A stretch of DNA of 64,000 nucleotides from Phoronis australis (lineage: Eukaryota > Animalia > Phoronida), in the NCBI GenBank assembly GCA_002633005.1, contig NMRA01000187.1:92191-156190 (forward strand), given 5' to 3'. Below the pieces are notes generated by a model that was not told the DNA's origin, ran no database searches, and saw only the letters and a list, made by a program, of their open reading frames with translations. Shown here piece after piece: positions 13,601 to 28,600 of this stretch (position 1 is its first letter; each line of letters begins with the position of its first letter). The position numbers and the translations under genes were made by a program.

Positions 13601-16600
13601 CAAAACCCTTTTGTCCACCAACGTCACACGCATGCTAGCGCCCCCTGTGGAGGCCATGAGAACTCGTAAACCGAGTTAACCACTGATTTAGCCTATCAGT
13701 ACCGCGGACCAAGTACATGTACACTGTACATGTAAGCATCAGACGAGTCACAGATAGATTTGGGTAATTCAATGTATCGTGACCTTCGTCAATCCTCAAA
13801 ATCTGAGAATTAAGAATGTGTTTGTGATATGTTACATAGTGAAGTCTGAGGTTGCGGCATGATAAATAATTTTGCTGAGTTGAGTGTCTGAACTGAGTCC
13901 TGCATCTACGGGTACTTGGAATGTCCATGTTACTCAAGTATGCAGTGATTGTGTTTACGTTTCAGCTTCTCATGATTTACGGCAGCGATAAGACATCTGC
14001 TGTCTGTGAGTGGAATCTGATGACAGCACCAATTTTTGCACTAAAATTATCCATAAATGTAATTTGATGACAGCACCAATTTTTTAACTAAAATTATCCA
14101 TAAATGTAATCTGATGACAGTACCAATTTTTGCACTAAAATTATCCATAAATGTAATCTGATGACAGCACCAATTTTTTAATGAATCAGTGCAGGCGACC
14201 AAACCATGGGCAATCTCAATGCAGTTGTTAGTAATTCTTTACCTCGAGTTCTTCATTTTACACACGCAAGTGAGCGGCCATGGGTTGACTTGAGTTTAAA
14301 AATGAATGACACAAGAGCAACACACTGCGTTGAAATGCACGCACGAATGAACTGCAAACAGAGTGCATCTAAGGGTGTTCATTTGCATCATAAAAATGGC
14401 CACTAGATGGAAAAATACTTCTCATCCATCAAAAAAAAAACAGAAAAAATGTCAGTGTTTCTGTAACGGAAAGCTATTTATCACATGACATGAAAATCCA
14501 TCAAGGAACTTTAGGGAAACAGAGGAAAGTGAAAAAATGAAATGGCCTCTAGGGGGCACAGCGATTGTCTGACACATTTGAAAGTTGTCGTCTTCTGTTG
14601 TCAACTTCATAGACATTACATAAAAACTCTTGCTAAATTTAATAAAGATCCTGCAGAGGGCATAGGAGATACACCTATGGACGCAAAAAACAAAAAGCAA
14701 CTACGAGACACCACTGACAGTAACTGAAGACATTGGAAGAACATTGTCAACCGTGTTCTTCACACTAAAAAAAAAAAATATATATATATATATATACATA
14801 TATATATAAGCCAATTTTCACAATCATCATCAGAGTGTTTGATAAAGAGCGGACGCCAACAACAGACTACAAAACAGTAAAAATGGCCAGTAGATGGCAC
14901 AAAATACGTCAAATCCCTCTGAAAACAGGGAAATGCCGTTGTTTCTTTAACAGAAAGATTTTGCAAATGAATTACATGAAAATTCATCACGGAACTTTTA
15001 GAGAAATGGAGGAAAACGAAAAAAATTGCCACTAGAGGGGCACGATGTTCATCTTGCATTGTAAACTTCATCTAAATACACGGGCTAAATTTAATAAAGA
15101 TCCTGCAGAGGTCTTAGGAGACACAGGTATGGGCGCAAAAAAGCCGCAATTAGGAGGTGCCACAGAAGTCAAAGTCATCAGAAAATTATCGCCAAGTCTC
15201 CTTTTCACAGTAAGAACATACAAGTCATGCCAATTTTCATCCTTCGAGTGGTTTGGTTGATAGAGGGTAGGACACCAAAAAGACTTGAAAATGGTAAAAA
15301 TGGCCACTGGGTGGAGCAAAATGCCTCAAATCCATCCAAAAATGGGAAGATAGCGTCATCTCACTTATAAAAACAATTTCATGAAAATCGGTTGAGCACC
15401 TTTGAAGACACAGAGCCAAACATAAAAAACTAAAATTTCCACTAAAGGGCACGGCGATATTTGCGTCAGTACGAAACTCATTGTCCTCTGTCGTCAAACC
15501 CGAACAAAGCTACAAATATGTGGGCTAATGAAAATGAAACAGTGGCATATTGTTAGTTCATTGAGATGATTTGAAAGTAGGAAATGATTGTTTTCTACTT
15601 TTATCACAGATTTATGCTATCCATCTTTGGCCAACTTGAGGGTCTCTCTCTCGGTGAAATTAAAATGAGGTAACGCAGGCTATAAAAACAACAGTCCAGG
15701 ACATTGAATGCACTGCTGCGAAACAAAAATTGATGTCAATCTCAGATTATGCTCCAGGTAAAATTTTAAAAAAATGTCCGATATTTAGGTCCTGTCTGAT
15801 ATTCAGGTCCTGTCCCATATTTAGGTCCTGTCCAATATTTAGGTGCTGTCCAATATTTAGGTCCTGTCTGATATTTTTAATCAGTCAACAAGACAAAACT
15901 GAAATATTTAGGTATGCTAGTTATACTAGACTATGAATCATCAGTTAAGACAGGCCAAGTTAATTAAGCACTGTAACTTTCAGTTTACTTGGCCATCATA
16001 GGTTTACTTGGCCATCACAGGTTTACTTGGCCATCATAGGTTTACTTGGCCATCATAGGTTTACTTGGCCATCATAGGTTTACTTGGCCATCATAGGTTT
16101 ACTTGGCCATCATAGGTTTACTTGGCCATCATAGGTTTACTTGGCCATCATAGGTTTACTTGGCCATCATAGGTTTCCTACACTGTCACTATATTCTTGC
16201 ATTGTAAAGTCAATATACTCTTACAAATTTCTTAGTGTCACCTCTACAAAAATGCTGATCACTATTAACAGCACCGTGCACACACTGTGTAATGGACTTG
16301 ATAGCATGACTTACATATAACACAGTGCCTCCTCCACAAGAATGAGGGACTTTGTTCCTAAATAGTTTCTTCTTAGCAATCAACAATCCCGGTGTTTGGG
16401 GGCCTCCAGCAAACTTGTGCGGTGAACAAAATACAGCATCTTTTTGACTGAGAAAGAATGAAAAAACAATTTGACTGAAATCTTTAACTGTTTTCTTACA
16501 GAGCCAAAGTACTAAGTGAACCTATGCACACTGTTTGGGATAGTTGAATCACATCAACACTGTTTTTTTACACCAGACATGAAGTGTGAGTTTATGTCAA

Positions 16601-19600
16601 CCAACTATGTTGCACATTTTCAGATACCAGAACCGTGTTTCTAGCAATTTTTGTTAATCAATTTTGGAGACAAGTGTGGTGGTCATGAACATTGATAAAA
16701 ATTCAATGTTAATTTGGGCACACTCTTATGGATTCATGTTAATCTGTCAACAGTACAGCAGAATATAAAACTACCAAAGAGAACGTATGAATGCTCAGAT
16801 GAGCTCATATTAATATCAAAATATGGAGCTGAAAGTAACAAGTCAAACTTACGCATGTTCAGATGGGTTCATATCAATTTCCAGATATGGAGCTGAAAGT
16901 AAGACTAATTTTTGAGAAATCTGATAATACAACCTCCTTCACACATCAACTATAATAGTTTTAGGCCAAAATACAAGTACCCGAACTGTTTTAGGCCAAA
17001 ATACAAGTACCCGAACTGTTTTAGGCCAAAATACAAGTACCCGAACTGTTTTAGGCCAAAATACAAGTACCCAAACTGTTTTAGGCCAAAATACAAGTAC
17101 CCGAACTTTAAAATTAGCGCAAACGTGGACAAAGACATTGTATTAATCGATGTTGTTGTTTAGTATCACAAAACCATTCTTGATACCAATATTCACAATG
17201 GTTTAGTGATAATAAACCAAAATGTCTTTTGTATAATTGTATGCGCTGATTCTTAAGTTCCTAATCAACACTCAGTGACTGAAACATGAGCTCAAACAAT
17301 TACACAATAAACAATCACACTAAAAAATATGGGCAAATCACAATCAAGGTCCATATTGAGTGGCCACTTTTGGTGAAAAATGAAGGTTGTCATATAACTG
17401 TAAAAGCTGGGTTATTTTAAAGTACCATCGCAGTTGCATAAAAGGGTACGTACACTACAACTTGTGGTTACAGCCCATTTCTACCAAGCAAAAATTCATA
17501 AGGTAGCAGTTAATGTAGTAAGTTCTTGATCAAATTGAAGAAGTATTGCATACTAAAGTAAGAAAAGTTATTACCGTGCTGATAAGTTGTTCCAGATGAT
17601 GATACATTGGATGTCTTAACACAGTATAATGAGAACTTCTCTTGCAATATGATTCTTACAAAAAGAAAATGACAGGTAACTACTTTTTTCAAAACTTTAT
17701 TGGTGCTATTTGTCTAGTTTTCAACACATTCACAAGTTGGTCAAAACAGTAAAAGCAATGTAAGGCCCAGTGTTCAACAGTGAAATATGGTACTGGTTGG
17801 GGGGTACTTACACTACACACAGTCAAATACGGTACTGGTTGGGGGGTACTTACACTACACACAGTCAAATATGGTACTGGTTGAGGGGTACGTACACTAC
17901 ACACAGTCAATCAACGTCAAATTTTGACTTAGTTACAAATGTATGCGATGATCTTGAGTTTTGTGCTGCCTCTACTAGTTGTTTTGTTGCAAGTTGTCTT
18001 GAGAGATAAAGAACGTGCCTCTGCAACATCAGTTGTCACATGACATGTCTTCTAGGATGTTACTAGCCAAGTCCTGTGTGGCATTTTATTGCCCACAAAT
18101 TTAATAATGTCCATTGTTTTTTTTTTGTTTTGTCAGACTGCATGCATTTTGGAAATATCAGTACTGTTCATGAGAACACCAGTATGTAAAAATACTTGTG
18201 GGCAATACTTTATAGCACAGGGGTTGGATGTACATGCAATACACAGGGGTACGTACACTACACAGGGGTACGTACACTACATTTCAATGACAGATCAGAA
18301 TCTACTGAGATTTAGTTGATTTACTAAACCAATCCAAAGAGAAAAAATAAAAAGCACAGCATTCACGTGCATATTTGCCATACTTTGAAAATAGGCACTA
18401 ATTAAAATATTGGGGTATGTACACTACACAAAAATAATACTATTATTTCACTCAAAACAAATGCATTAATGCAATGAACACCATTTTAACCTAACATTTT
18501 TAAGGAAGGAAACTGTCTATGAGCAATGTTGCGATATTTTAATTTCATGGCATTTGTAAACATGGGGTACATACACTACAAAAGGGGTAAGTACACTACA
18601 TCACTGTTTCTGCATCACATGGTAACAAAATGTGGTATGGCCATTTATTTTTCTTTGATGATAATAAGCACCATGTTGTTATTTAAAAGACAATAATTTC
18701 ATTTGCAATGACCATTTGTGTTACTGAATTCCACATGGGGTACGTACACTACATTCTGTTTAGTTAGCCTTTTTAGCCCACTTTCACCATAGCAGAACCC
18801 AGTCAATATCCAAACTTTTGGTTTGTTTAAATATTGAATAATTTGCTGTGTTGCCTAGATGAACATATTCTTAAGTTCTTTTTATTACAGAGTGTGAACT
18901 TTAGTTTTTAACCCTCTTTACAGTAGGTGAGGGTTAGAAAGGCAGAATTCACAGATTTCGTAACGAGTGCCTGTTTTATGATGAACTCTACCATTTTCCA
19001 ATGATTAAGCACAACTTCGTCTAAGTGATCCTGAAAGTGACTCAAGTTGTTCCCAGTCATATCAAAGCAATTATAATGCTTATTTAATAAAATAAATTTC
19101 TTTTCTACTGTTTACAGTTAAAAATAATTGTAATTTTTAAAATGGCCACTCGTAACACTAAAAATGCATGAAATTCATAGACAAAAACATGCATAAATTT
19201 CTCAAACATTGTCTGATTTTGATGATTCTTTTTTTAATTTGCACATTAAATAACTCTTTGCATATGAGATTCAGTTGGCATTTGGTAAGTGACCAAGAAA
19301 ATTTATTTTAGACCGTAACACAGTCAACTCTCAAATATGGACCTTGATTGTGATTTAGCCGATAACATCATAAAACCCTGTAAGACATGTTGTTAAAAAC
19401 TTACCATGTTTTCTAAGATCATAAAATGACCTTTTATACTTCACTGTCAATTTCAATAATATTCCACACTGTGTGATTATTTTGTTTGTATTCCAACAAC
19501 TTACTGTCTTTTGAATTTTGTTGCGTGTTGTCTCACTCTGCTATATGATACGGCTATCAGGGCCATATTATTTTCATGATTTCAGGATATAACTACACCA

Positions 19601-22600
19601 AATACAGGGTGACCTGCTAGCAAAAATTGACTGCGCAGCACTAGCATATAATTGGCTGCACTTACCAGCACTAGCATAGTCCCAGCATGCCAGTGCACCA
19701 CATCTATGCAACAACTATCTACATAACTGTCTACATCAGTATCGACTCCACTTACCAGCACTAGCATAGTCCCAGCATGCCAGTGCACCATATCTATGCA
19801 GTAAGTCTCCAACAGCAACAGTGTCCACTAAGATGCCTGTGACATTGCTGGCAGCACTAAAGGCAGCAATCAGGAAATGACCTTCACCTTGGTGTTTCTG
19901 AAAACAGTATGGAATTAATTCCAAAACCAGCTTCTCTGACAACTGACAAGTCATTCAATAGCAGCAGATAACAGGTTAGTTATACATCCCAGTAATGTTT
20001 TGAACCTGGGTGAGGTTGGCTGATACCTGAGTGTCCTTAATGCAATGATATGACACTATTTGATATTGATGGTGAGGTTGGCTGATACCTGAGTGTCCTT
20101 AATGCAATGATATGACACTATTTGATATTGATGGTGAGGTTGGCTGATACCTGAGTGTCCTTAATGCAATGATATGACACTATTTGATATTGATAGTGAG
20201 GTTGGCTGATATCTGAGTGTCCTTAATGCAATGATACGACACTATTTGATATTGATGGTGAGGTTGGCTGATACCTGCGTGTCCTTAATGCAATGATACG
20301 ACACTATTTGATATTGATGGTGAGGTTGGCTGATATCTGAGTGTCCTTAATGCAATGATATGACACTATTTGATATTAATAGTGAGGTTGGCTGATATCT
20401 GAGTGTCCTTAATGCAATGATACGACACTATTTGATATTGATGGTGAGGTTGGCTGATACCTGCGTGTCCTTAATGCAATGATACGACACTATTTGATAT
20501 TGATAGTGAGGTTGGCTGATATCTGCGTGTCCTTAATGCAATGATACGACACTATTTTGATATTGATGATCTCAAAACTAGCAGGGACACTGCTCATGCC
20601 ACTCTCCTTTCCTGCAATTCCAGGTCCACCCCCAGCCCACCCCAGGTCCACCCCCAGCCCACCACAAAAGCTCACCTGTAGCTGGTCTTCAAGGACCCTC
20701 ATATTAATAAGACCCTGTTCATCCTGGTCTATTCTCACAACCTGTAATGTGACAATCATGGCACCCTCTTACACAGTCTGTAATGTAACAAACATGACAC
20801 CCTCTTACACAGTCTGTAAAGTAGCAAACATGGCACCCTCGTAGTCAGTCTGTAATGTTAGCAAAGATGGCACCCTCTTACACAGTCTGTAAAGTTAGGA
20901 CTGCGTGTAAATATACATGAGCTTACTAAGAGATGCCACTTTCTCCTACAGCTGCGATGTTGTGCATTGATCAGGAACTCTTCTAATTTGGCAATTGTTT
21001 TTAATGTATATGTACATTGATGATGACGTGCCTAATTTTTGTCATTGGTTGTTCTATTTCATTTACTTGTTACGCTGTTTATTTTCTTGATACAGAACAC
21101 ATCACGAATTTTTGTCCGACCAGTCGGAAATTGGTCGACGACTGGCCATCGATTGGCTAATTTGCCGACCGGTCGGCTAAAAATTAATCTTGCATAGAAA
21201 CAATATGTCGTTAAATATTTTCACTTTGGCCTTCCATAAATGTGGAAGAGCAGGTTGTGTAGCATCACACTATGTAACTTCTTATATAAATCTAGGTGTT
21301 TGTGATTTAGTAATACCATGAAAAATGAGCAGTTGTAGCTTCTTTTGAAATATTGTATCCTTTGTTTATGCCTGGTGTAGATGGCTTAGTACTTGAAATT
21401 ATGTAAGCCTTATTATCCTCTGTGGCTTAACAACTATGTATCTTCATCCATGCCTGTAATAGAGGTACTCCCATGGTCATCAAGCATGTGTATGTCTTTA
21501 TTCTAATGAGGTGTGCTTCGAATGTGCAATTAGTAATCATACTTTTGCCGTGGTTCGCAACAAACGGATTCATTAAACCCAGTAAATATTTGTGCAACTG
21601 CCGATCTGCATATTAGGCATGCATATTGCATCATACCTCATCAGAGTACAACTTGTTATCAATCATAGTAGAAAAAATTATTTTTATCATTGCCACACGA
21701 CGGTAACAAAAGCAGTCAGTGTCTGTAACTGTTGAGTCTACATTGCTGATGAATAAACGTCGGTCAAAATCCATTTTTATAACACTGATTCATGCCAAAG
21801 ACTTGAAATCGCGCACCCTTATGAGTTTTGACTAGCCCTGGTGATCACTAGAATCGATGCAATAAACTTATACAAGTTGTTTTTTAACCTGTGTAATAGA
21901 AATGCACATTGTGTGCATTTTCATTTGCGAAAGTGTTCTTTTTGAATCACTTGGTTAATCATTTTTACGCTCTACATGAAAACACAGACAACTTTCTTTA
22001 GGATTACATGTACCAAGTTTCCTCCGAAAATGTTATTTTCAAAGTTTTACCCCTTGAAGTTTACGAGAAACGCCAAGTATTGTGTTGTTACTCCAAATGG
22101 CTAGGAAGGCTCTAGCCTTGGTACGAAGCTGTTTACTAAATTAAATATACAACTTTGTGCCCTTGTGGGTAAAAACTGACCGCATAAAGTCTTCCTAGAG
22201 TAATCTAAATTATTTACCGGCGTTGCAAAAATTGGTTTTCTACAATTATTCTGCTGCTAAAATTATGGTGTGATATTTTTTGTCGACTGTCGATGCAATG
22301 AAATATTGCGTCACCTGTTAGCCAGTTTCTTTTTCCCAGATTCTTTAATCAAACGTTCTCCCTCGAGGTTGCGTAAACGTAACAACAAATGATCAGAATT
22401 GGTTTCATATAGCGGCATTCGTTGCCAAGATCTGTAATGCAAATCATGTGTTTTCCTCGGATGCTGGAACTTTTATATTAAGCACAGACTGTTGGCCAAA
22501 CTGTTGTAAGTACTGAGTATTATGGGATAGCATGTTGTACTCATGTGTATCAATTTAAGGTTAGAGCATGTATAGTTGTTTAATGTACCGTGTCATTCAC

Positions 22601-25600
22601 AATTATATTATAATATTGTTTAATGTATGTCATTGTGTCATTCAGCTGCTTGTCAATTAATTAAGCTTGCTTGTCGAGTACTCAGACTGTGTGTTTTTCT
22701 TCATTACAGATAACCGCTTTTTCGGTTCTCACTTCTTCAACAACTTTTCGTTTTCACTTTTTAACGCTTCTTTGGTATCTCATTCAACACTTGTTCAGAC
22801 ACTTTTCATCGTTTGTAACTCTATCGTTTGACGAATAAAGTGCATTACACAAACGGCTTCTTTCAACTTATCCATGTAGCCAGACGCGGCTACATACATT
22901 GTAGCTGCATGTCATGAACTGAAGTAAAGCCCTTGTCACACACTGGTATAGTTTGTTTGCATTATAAGCACTAATGTGTCCTCATAAACAACATAATAGT
23001 AGGACTTATAAACACCCTAACAGTGTATCATTGGCATCATGTGACATTGGTATCATGTGACATTGGTATCATGTGACATCGGTATCATGTGACACTGGTA
23101 TCATGTGATATTACTTAAGGCTGGTAGCCACATTACAAAGTAACTCAAAGTACTAATTAGCAACTACATGATGTTATCTTCAGTAAACCTACAGAAACTA
23201 AAGCCAGCCATACCTAAGCCTGTGTTGAATAAATGAGTGAAGAGATCCGTGCCACACCAGTAGCAACCCTACTTACCTCTGCCCCCGTCTCCATCCACGG
23301 CAGTATATTAGAATGGTGCTCGTATGGGCTAATCAACACTACAGTGTTCCTGGCTTTTTCCTCAATACACAGCTCTAATGCTCCAATCAACTTGTGTATA
23401 GCAGCAGTAGCCCCACTTCCAGTGAATATAACAACATCATCTGTACTCGCATTGACACACTGTTTGATTATTGCTCTGGAAAATGCAGAAAATAAAGATA
23501 ATAATTCAGTAGACTGGGCATTAGACAATTCCAATCAATTGTGGCTCGTGATTGGTCAAAATGAGGTCGGGGAACTAAGCAACAAAGGTTGGGCCTGCCA
23601 ACAAGAGCACACATTTGTCCTCTATCACTATCTCCCCATATTTTAATTCCTTTTCATTGATGTATGCTCAGTAACAATATAGGCTCACTGTCCATGTATA
23701 CTGGCCTTAGGATACTTAGTAAATGAGCTCAACTCATAAAAACTGTGTTCTGCAGACAGTCTACACTTAATTGTCTTTCTACCATAATAGTGATCACAGG
23801 ATGCTTAGACTACTGGTAATTCATTGTGTACATACAATAACAACACAGCAAACAGTGTTTTACTACAACCTTTACCTCATATTTCAGGCTAGTGACCCCA
23901 GAAACTTTTAAAACAAGTGAATACAGTCAACAGAGGTGCTTACAACTTGTACAAAGCCAACTGCCTGCTGGAGGTGCAATAGTGAACCAGTGGAATCAAG
24001 AACAACTACATGACAACAAGTTTACCAGCTAGACTAAATACATCAAGTCATTATTTATTAGGCTAAAATTGGATTCAGCATCTTTTAAAAGCAAAATTGG
24101 GGCAAATCTTTGCATTCAAACTCTTTTCAAAAAGACACGCAAGTACATGTGAGTAACTGTTGTTGGAAGCCAAGTCAATCAAACTCACGTTGTTTGGCCT
24201 TCAAGATCCACACAGCACTGGACATTGTATGAACCTCATTAACAATGTAAGGACTAACAGAAGGGAGACAGCAATATCACATGTCTCCTGTTATTGAGAA
24301 TTACTGGTGCAGATAATGTAGAAGTATGTTACCTGGCATTCTCTCTGAACTTAGTCGTCTGTAGTGACACCCTAGAGGTAGTTGTGTGTGTGTTGCCATA
24401 GAACGGGTACACATAGTTCTGTATGTAGTCTTCTATGAAACGCAACGGCCTGTAAATCAATTCGATAAGATCAGTGCTAGAAGAAAGAGCAATTCTAACA
24501 GTACTATGATTTAACATTTATATCACATTCATATCACATTTATATCATATTCATATCACATTTATATCACATTGAAATTCTTTTTTGACAAAAAATATAA
24601 TAGATGAGGTAAGATTGAGCATGATTTTCATTTCAAGTTCTCATTAAATGTGACAATGTGTTGCACTATGAATGAATGTACACAATGTTGATTAATCAAA
24701 TATTTTCACAGCACAGTGCTATGACTGTCACAGTCATGGCATGATACCAAAGTGACAAAACTTCACCATCAACACCAAATGTATTGTAAGAATATATACA
24801 ACCTAACCATCAATGTCTACTATATTGTAAGTATTTAGTGAACCATCAATGTCTAGTATATTGTAAGTATTATTTAAACAAGCTAACCTTCAATGTCTAG
24901 CATATTGCAAGTATTATTCTAACAAGTTAACCATCAATTTCTAGCATATTGCAAGTATTATTTAAACAAGTTAACCATTAATATCTAGTATATTGTAAGT
25001 ATTATTCAAACAACCTAATCACCAATGTCTAGTATATTGTAAGGAATAAACAACCTTAAACCACCAATGTATATTCATATATAGTAAGAATATTTACAAC
25101 TTACTTCCCCGAGGCAACATAATCGCAGTAAACAACTGAAAAGAAACAAAAAATTAACTAACATGTATCCTTAGAAACAGAGTTCATACAGTCACCATAG
25201 CAATAGAGATAATACAGTCACCAGAATAAGAAAACACACAGTCACCACAGTGACACAGATCACAATATGATCACATGGCAAGGGATCTGAGAAATGAATA
25301 AATAACAAGGGATCTGAGAAATGAATAAATAACAAGGGATCTGAGAAATGAATAAATAACAAGGGATCTGAGAAATGAATAAATAATAAGGGATCTGAGA
25401 AATAAATAAATAACAAGGGATCTGAGAAATAAATAAAGAACAAGGGATTTTAGAAATAAATAAATAACAAGGGATTGGAGAAATAAATAAAAAGGGATCT
25501 GAGAAATAAATAAATAACAAGGGATCTGAGAAATAGATAACAAGGGATCTGAGAAATAAATACCAGTCAGTAATACATGCCTGCTCTTAGCTAGACTGTG

Positions 25601-28600
25601 TCAGATGATGCAAAATACACCCTCGATGGAACACTTCATTCTCTTAATGTGTTGAAACTTTACTGAAGATCCATGACTTATTACTTTGTGGTTTGCCAGC
25701 AAACCAGCTTGGATGGTTTAAGATAAATAGAATAAATGCTGAGTAAAAAGACAACTGAGCCATGTCTCGATCCCCCATTAATGTCCAAGCCTTACTTTTG
25801 ACTCACCTCTTCTTGGCCCAAATGGTCCCTCATAAACACTGTCAGTGCCAATGATGTTATCATGAATATACTGCATCAAGGGATTATGAGTACCCTCCTG
25901 GAGAGTCTGTCAAAATCAAAGGTATGTTTCAAGCAGTCGAGTGAAATAGATTAAATGGGAAGTGCAGACACTAAATCTGCTTACAAAACACAATGAAAAA
26001 GCAAATAGTTTGAAAATAGCTCACATAGTGTGGCAACAGCTAAAATTTCCCAGAAGCCTTGCAAGCTCCTCTGAGTGGCATTGACGTCACTACATAGATG
26101 GGCCCCATGTTAACTCAGATCTGCCTAAGCAGAGAGGGTGAAAGACGGAACTGAACTGAAAATGTTGGACTATAGCCATTTGTTTAGTACCTAATTTAAC
26201 AGCGTTCAATACAAGCTCAACACCAACACCATCCTACTTTTGTTTGAAGTAAGAAGGTGTCAAAGTACCAAATAAAACTCACAACACTCTCACTTCTGTA
26301 TTTTCCAACACTGTCACTTCTGTATTTTCCGTGATGATGAAACAATTCATCCTTGTTTTTTGGTTTTCAAATTCAGTAACAAAAGTTAAACTGTGAAATT
26401 AACTATTAAATTGGTCACATTAAGCTTAAATTTAGTATTTAGTATCACTTAGTTGTAGATGTACTGGGCTTTGGGTTTTGTACCTTAATATCACTGAATG
26501 GTTCTGGCCTTTCAACTACACACTCACGCACAGTAGGCCTAGCACACTCACATACAGTAGGCCTGGCACACTCACGTACAGTAAGCCTAGCACACTCATG
26601 TACAGTAGGCCTAGCACACTCACGTACAGTAGGCCTAGCACACTCATGTACAGTAGGCCTGGCACACTCATGTACAGTAGGCCTGGCACACTCATGTACA
26701 GTAGGCCTAGCACACTCATGTACAGTAGGCCTAGCACACTCATGTACAGTAGGCCTAGCACACTCACGTACAGTAGGCCTGGTCCACGACTAAAGAGGGT
26801 ATTGTTATTAGTTACACCGATGGAAGAATGTAAAACAATTCTTGTAACAAAAGGGGTATCTATTATATAAAATGCATGATTTACACAAACTGTGTCTCCC
26901 TCACTCCACTATAGATCATCGTTGCGCCCATTTCGGCACTGCCTAGGTCCCAGGTATCGCATCGGCACCCTATTTGGATTCGAAGTATTCCATTTTTTTC
27001 TCGAAGGCCGTTTTTTCGCAGATGCGGAGGGAGGGTGGCGAGTTTCGTACTAGCCTTGGTGATACAGGTTCGTCGGCTCAATGGCCTGAGTGACATCACT
27101 CCGTCGGCTTAATTACACTCCCTCTGGCTTCTGTCACGTATATAATTCACCAGGCCTGTCGCCACCAAAATTAATGATGCCTCATTAAAAAATTTCTTAC
27201 TCTTCCTTGAGTAAACTTAATTATTTACACTTGTGTTGTAAAATTGGCATTCTTCAGTTACCAGTTTTCTGCTTCAAAATTTGTGATGCTCTATTTGGGC
27301 GCCATTGCATCACATGTTGGTCAATTTCCATGTTATTTAATCAAATGTGAGGTCGTGTGCATCAATTGCAAGTGGTTTCATTTCTTTACAAGTTTTTAAT
27401 ATTTTATTATCAGAAAACCCAATTTCAGAAAAAAAACTCTCGAGAGATATTGCAAAACTTTTGGAGATGTCGCGTACGTGAGCTTGTCACAAGTTTTCAA
27501 AACAACCACAGTATTCCTTAGTTACAAAAGGTGGACGATTACGAAAAATACGTTTATTAGATTGTCTTCTTACTTCGATAAACGGCTGTATGGGCAAGAT
27601 GAATGTCGGTTCATTCCCAGATTCTGCATGCGTCCTTGTAGGTTGTTAGCTCTAAGTTTCACGACAAGGTGACAAGCTGAGCACCGGGATTGTGTGAAAT
27701 TTCGGTGTCTAACCAAGTTCTACACACAGCTACCTAGCTTTAGACCTAATTCACGCCGACAGGAGGCGTGTTCCAAAACGAGGCTCGCTACAATAGCTCT
27801 GTTGGCTTATCGGCATAGTTGTACTCCACGTTGCTCAAACGGCTTGAAAAAATACGCACACTCAACTGTCTGCTTTACAATCCCTAAGGATGCTGAGATT
27901 CGGAAGCATTGGGTCCTTGCCATACGCCGCAACGAAGGAAAATATGTCCGTGTAAAATTTATAAATGTTTTCGAAATTTAGATCATATTTGGTCACAACT
28001 TGGTTGCCAACATCATAGCAACGACCGGAGAATCTTCGGCAAGTCAGGCAGTTTTCATGATTGCGGGTTGAAACGGGATGCATTTTTCTTTCCAAAAAGG
28101 ACAGGGCCCTCATTCCCTCAATTTTGGGGCCAAATATCGGCCCCATTTCGCTCTCAAAAATATTGAAAAATCATGCTAAATTTCCCCCATGAGGCCCAAA
28201 AAATTCCCTTACCGATTGAAAATTTCTCTCCGATGATTCAAATCACCTGTAACCACAGAGGTGACAATTTGAAAAAGCACAAAATGCTACTTGGGACAGA
28301 GCATATGAGAGCCTGCAACAGGGCGGGGGTGCTATTGATGGTGATCGGGATCAGGTAGATTTTTCACCTCACTCGGCAAAACATTCCCCTCTCAGAAGGC
28401 CAGCACAGACACCTTTCCCCTCGGATATGAACGAGGCCCCTTAAGAAACATGATAACTATACTTGTTCCAGGGGAATCCAGGATTTTGAGTTGGGGGAGG
28501 CAGGGCAGAGTATTAGCCAGGATTTTGCCTGTCAGACATTCGCGGTCCTGAACTACCAAGGTATCTGGAAGAATTTTAGGGGGGCATGGCCCCCTTGGCT

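Noticed and set aside
14017-14180. CTGATGA-containing 47-bp repeat as tandem hammerheads
   Set aside because: No GAAA core and no convincing stem II or III
21100-22900. Possible decayed DNA-transposon interior
   Set aside because: No readable domain or paired termini found
1-26781. Regular repeat arrays as CRISPR arrays
   Set aside because: Units are contiguous with no unique spacers, the context is eukaryotic introns, and no cas genes are present
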